Below are positions 61,488-64,000 of a DNA stretch of 64,000 nucleotides, one piece after another. The translations under genes and the position numbers were made by a program. Position 1 is the first letter of the stretch, and each line of letters opens with the position of its first letter. The stretch covers positions 1 through 64,000 of the forward strand of contig JAPEUG010000046.1 of NCBI GenBank assembly GCA_026025795.1, given 5' to 3'. Below the pieces are notes generated by a model that saw nothing but the letters and a program-made list of their open reading frames with translations, was not told where the DNA came from and did no database searches. This DNA is from Thelocarpon superellum. Taxonomy: Eukaryota.

Positions 61488-63368
61488 ATGCGGTCCCTCT
61501 CCAGCTTCCTCATCGCTCTCTGCACCGTCGGCCCGCTTGTGGCGGTGCAGGCCGCACCAGCCGTCCCCATCGAGATCTTCGAGCAGCTGCGTGCGGTGCC
61601 CGATGGATGGAGCCGTGTCGGCGATGCCCAGCCGCAGCAACAGATGAAGTTTCGCATCGCTGTCAAGTCCCCGCGCCAGGCGGAGTTCGAGCAGACGCTC
61701 CTGGACGTCTCGACGCCCGAGCACGCCAAATATGGGCAGCACCTGAGCCAAAGCGAGCTCAAGGCTATGCTCCGGCCCCGCGCAGCCTCGACTGAGTCCA
61801 TCGTGAAGTGGCTCAGCGGCAGCGGGATCTCGGCCATTGAGGACGATGGCGAGTGGATCAACTTCAATACGACGGTCGGCAAGGCCGAGGATCTTCTCCA
61901 CACCGACTTTGCCTGGTACCGCAACTCGATCAATGGCGCGCAGCGTGTGCGGACCCTGCAATACTCGGTGCCCAGCCGGCTCCACGCGCACATTGACATG
62001 ATCCAACCCACGACGCGCTTCGGCCAGATCCGCACGGCGCGCTCCCACGTGCACCACGACAAGAAGCTAGGTCCGGCTGGAACCATGAGCGAGATCGTGG
62101 CGAGCCAGGCAGCGACCAACACTTCGAGCTTCGATCTCTCGTCGTGCGACGACAGCATCACGCCCGCGTGTCTCAAGGCGCTGTACAACTTCACGGACTT
62201 CACGGCGGATCCGACGAACGGCAACAAGCTGGGGATCGCTGGGTACCTGGAGGAGTACGCCAAGTACGACGATCTGGCCGCCTTCCTGAGCGAATACGCG
62301 CCGGACGCGGTCGGCGACAATTTCACCTACGTGGGGATCAACGGCGGTCTCCTGACGCAAAATGACACCACCCACGACGATGTGGAGGCCAACCTCGACG
62401 TGCAGTACGCCATGTCGCTGTCGGCCCCCGTGCCCGCGACCTATTACAGCACCGGGGGTCGCGGAGAGCTGGTGCCCGATCTGGACCAACCCAACGCCAG
62501 CGCGGACAACAACGAGCCTTACCTCGACTTCCTCACCTACATGCTCAAGCTGGACGACAAGGACCTGCCGCAGACGCTGTCGACCTCGTACGGCGAAGAC
62601 GAGCAGTCGGTGCCGGAAGCCTACACACGCACGGTGTGCAACATGTTTGCCCAGCTCGGGGCCCGCGGCGTGTCCGTCATCTTCTCGAGCGGTGACACCG
62701 GCCCCGGATCCGGCTGTCAGACGAACGACGGCAAGAACACGACGCGCTTCCAGCCCACCTTCCCCGGCGCCTGCCCCTGGGTCACATCTGTCGGCGGCAC
62801 GTACCACGTCGAGCCGGAAGAAGCGATTGACTTCTCGAGCGGCGGCTTCTCGGAGCGGTTCCCGCGCCCGTCGTACCAAGAAAGCGACGTGAAGAGCTAC
62901 CTGGGCCTGCTCGGCTCCACGTGGTCGGGGCTGTACAACCCCGCCGGCCGCGGCTTCCCGGACGTGTCCACGCAGGCGTCCAACTTCCACTACCTCGACA
63001 AGGGCCAGGAGGGACTGGTGGGCGGCACGAGTGCGGCGGCACCCACCTTTGCGGGTCTGATCGCCAACATCAACTCGGCGCGCGTGTCGGCCCATCTCCC
63101 ACCCATGGGTTTCCTCAACCCTTTCCTCTACGGCGCGGGCAAGGCCGGCTTGACGGACATTACCAAGGGCACGTCGCGCGGCTGCACCGGCCGCGACATC
63201 TACAGCGGCCTGCCGGCGCCCAACATCCCCAACGCCGGCTGGGCTGCCGTGGCGGGATGGGATCCCTCGACGGGCCTGGGCACGCCGAACTTTGGCACCC
63301 TCTTGCATCTGGCCCTGACCAAGTCTGCGCCTTCCTATTCCAACGCGGAGGCTTCTTCAGTTGCGTGA
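61488..63368 (+). CDS. Secreted tripeptidyl peptidase / sedolisin (family S53) with a pro-domain, intronless
   Basis: Signal peptide, pro-domain (YGQHLS), ITPACLKALY, catalytic EANLD, SSGD oxyanion Asp, GRGFPDV, GGTSAAAP and Ca-binding GWDPSTGLGTPNF. Confidence 0.96.
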   Translation: MRSLSSFLIALCTVGPLVAVQAAPAVPIEIFEQLRAVPDGWSRVGDAQPQQQMKFRIAVKSPRQAEFEQTLLDVSTPEHAKYGQHLSQSELKAMLRPRAASTESIVKWLSGSGISAIEDDGEWINFNTTVGKAEDLLHTDFAWYRNSINGAQRVRTLQYSVPSRLHAHIDMIQPTTRFGQIRTARSHVHHDKKLGPAGTMSEIVASQAATNTSSFDLSSCDDSITPACLKALYNFTDFTADPTNGNKLGIAGYLEEYAKYDDLAAFLSEYAPDAVGDNFTYVGINGGLLTQNDTTHDDVEANLDVQYAMSLSAPVPATYYSTGGRGELVPDLDQPNASADNNEPYLDFLTYMLKLDDKDLPQTLSTSYGEDEQSVPEAYTRTVCNMFAQLGARGVSVIFSSGDTGPGSGCQTNDGKNTTRFQPTFPGACPWVTSVGGTYHVEPEEAIDFSSGGFSERFPRPSYQESDVKSYLGLLGSTWSGLYNPAGRGFPDVSTQASNFHYLDKGQEGLVGGTSAAAPTFAGLIANINSARVSAHLPPMGFLNPFLYGAGKAGLTDITKGTSRGCTGRDIYSGLPAPNIPNAGWAAVAGWDPSTGLGTPNFGTLLHLALTKSAPSYSNAEASSVA

Positions 63369-64000
63369 GTGAGTGAGTGAGGGAGGGAGGGAAGCCTCAC
63401 CGGGAGGAAGGGCCTTATTCCTGTTCCATGAGTGGCGTCTGGGTCTGGGAGAGCATGACTGGATCTTTACGGAGTGATGGTTGATGTGTGACTGACAGGA
63501 GGGACTACGCATGCACGCACGGTTTTTTGTATCATAGTGAGCTGGCTGTGCAGTGCAGGATGAAAGCACATCATCGCTTGACCTCTCAATCGGTCCATGG
63601 TTCAATGAAACCAATGAACGAAATCAAGTCGATTCTCTGTTCTTCATCATATGTACATGTTCGTCGTACGTACTACGTAACCGGTGTGGATGTGCAAGAC
63701 CCGCATGGAGAAAAGTAAAGAAAAGTAAAGAAAAGGAGGAAAGAAAGGTAACAGACCGCCGCCCAATGCGAGCCCTCGCCATGCAACCCGATAAACCCAA
63801 GAAACTCCAGCCCAGTCATGAACCGTCCTGCGATTGCGACTCCCATTGCATTCGTATGCTCGACTGGGAGAAGTTCACATGTCCCAGGTTGTCGAATCCC
63901 TCTCCCTCTCCCGCCCCTTTCTCCGTGTCGTTACTTCCATTACTCCCACCCAGTGAAGGATCCCCCTCGGTGGTGTTTGTGTGAGCCAGACAGCGACCAT

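Noticed and set aside
1..64000. Transposons, CRISPR arrays, rRNA/tRNA genes, secondary-metabolite backbone genes
   Set aside because: No transposase or RT motifs, terminal repeats, spacer arrays, cloverleafs or PKS/NRPS domains were seen.

Overview
This is a GC-rich, gene-dense window of a filamentous ascomycete (Pezizomycotina-type) genome, with short GT-AG introns of about 50-60 nt and CTRAC branch sites. It carries about 24 protein-coding loci. The conserved backbone is IEC3, RRP4, a Zn alcohol dehydrogenase, an ALDH3-type aldehyde dehydrogenase, ARP1, an FLC/TRP-like channel, HAS1, a large uncharacterised fungal protein, gamma-glutamyltransferase, MRF1, a PNUTS/Ppn1-like PP1 regulator, SLY1, phospholipase D, an alpha/beta hydrolase, an S10 carboxypeptidase and an S53 tripeptidyl peptidase. 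Three accessory stretches stand out. (i) 29.2-32.3 kb holds three co-oriented genes: a CCCH-finger protein, a MazF/PemK-like protein with a membrane tail whose frame is broken by a TAA at codon 8, and an ISG12/IFI27-motif protein; this may be an RNA-directed defence or cell-death module (inference). (ii) 18.0-19.1 kb is non-coding and dense in G-U-containing helices on the + strand, with a B-box-like motif and a T6 run, and is a candidate unannotated structured RNA. (iii) 9.7-11.9 kb holds orphan genes, including a small secreted cysteine-containing protein that the ORF track only partly captures. I found no rRNA, tRNA, CRISPR array or intact transposon. Exon boundaries were read by eye and family calls come from motif recognition, not database searches.
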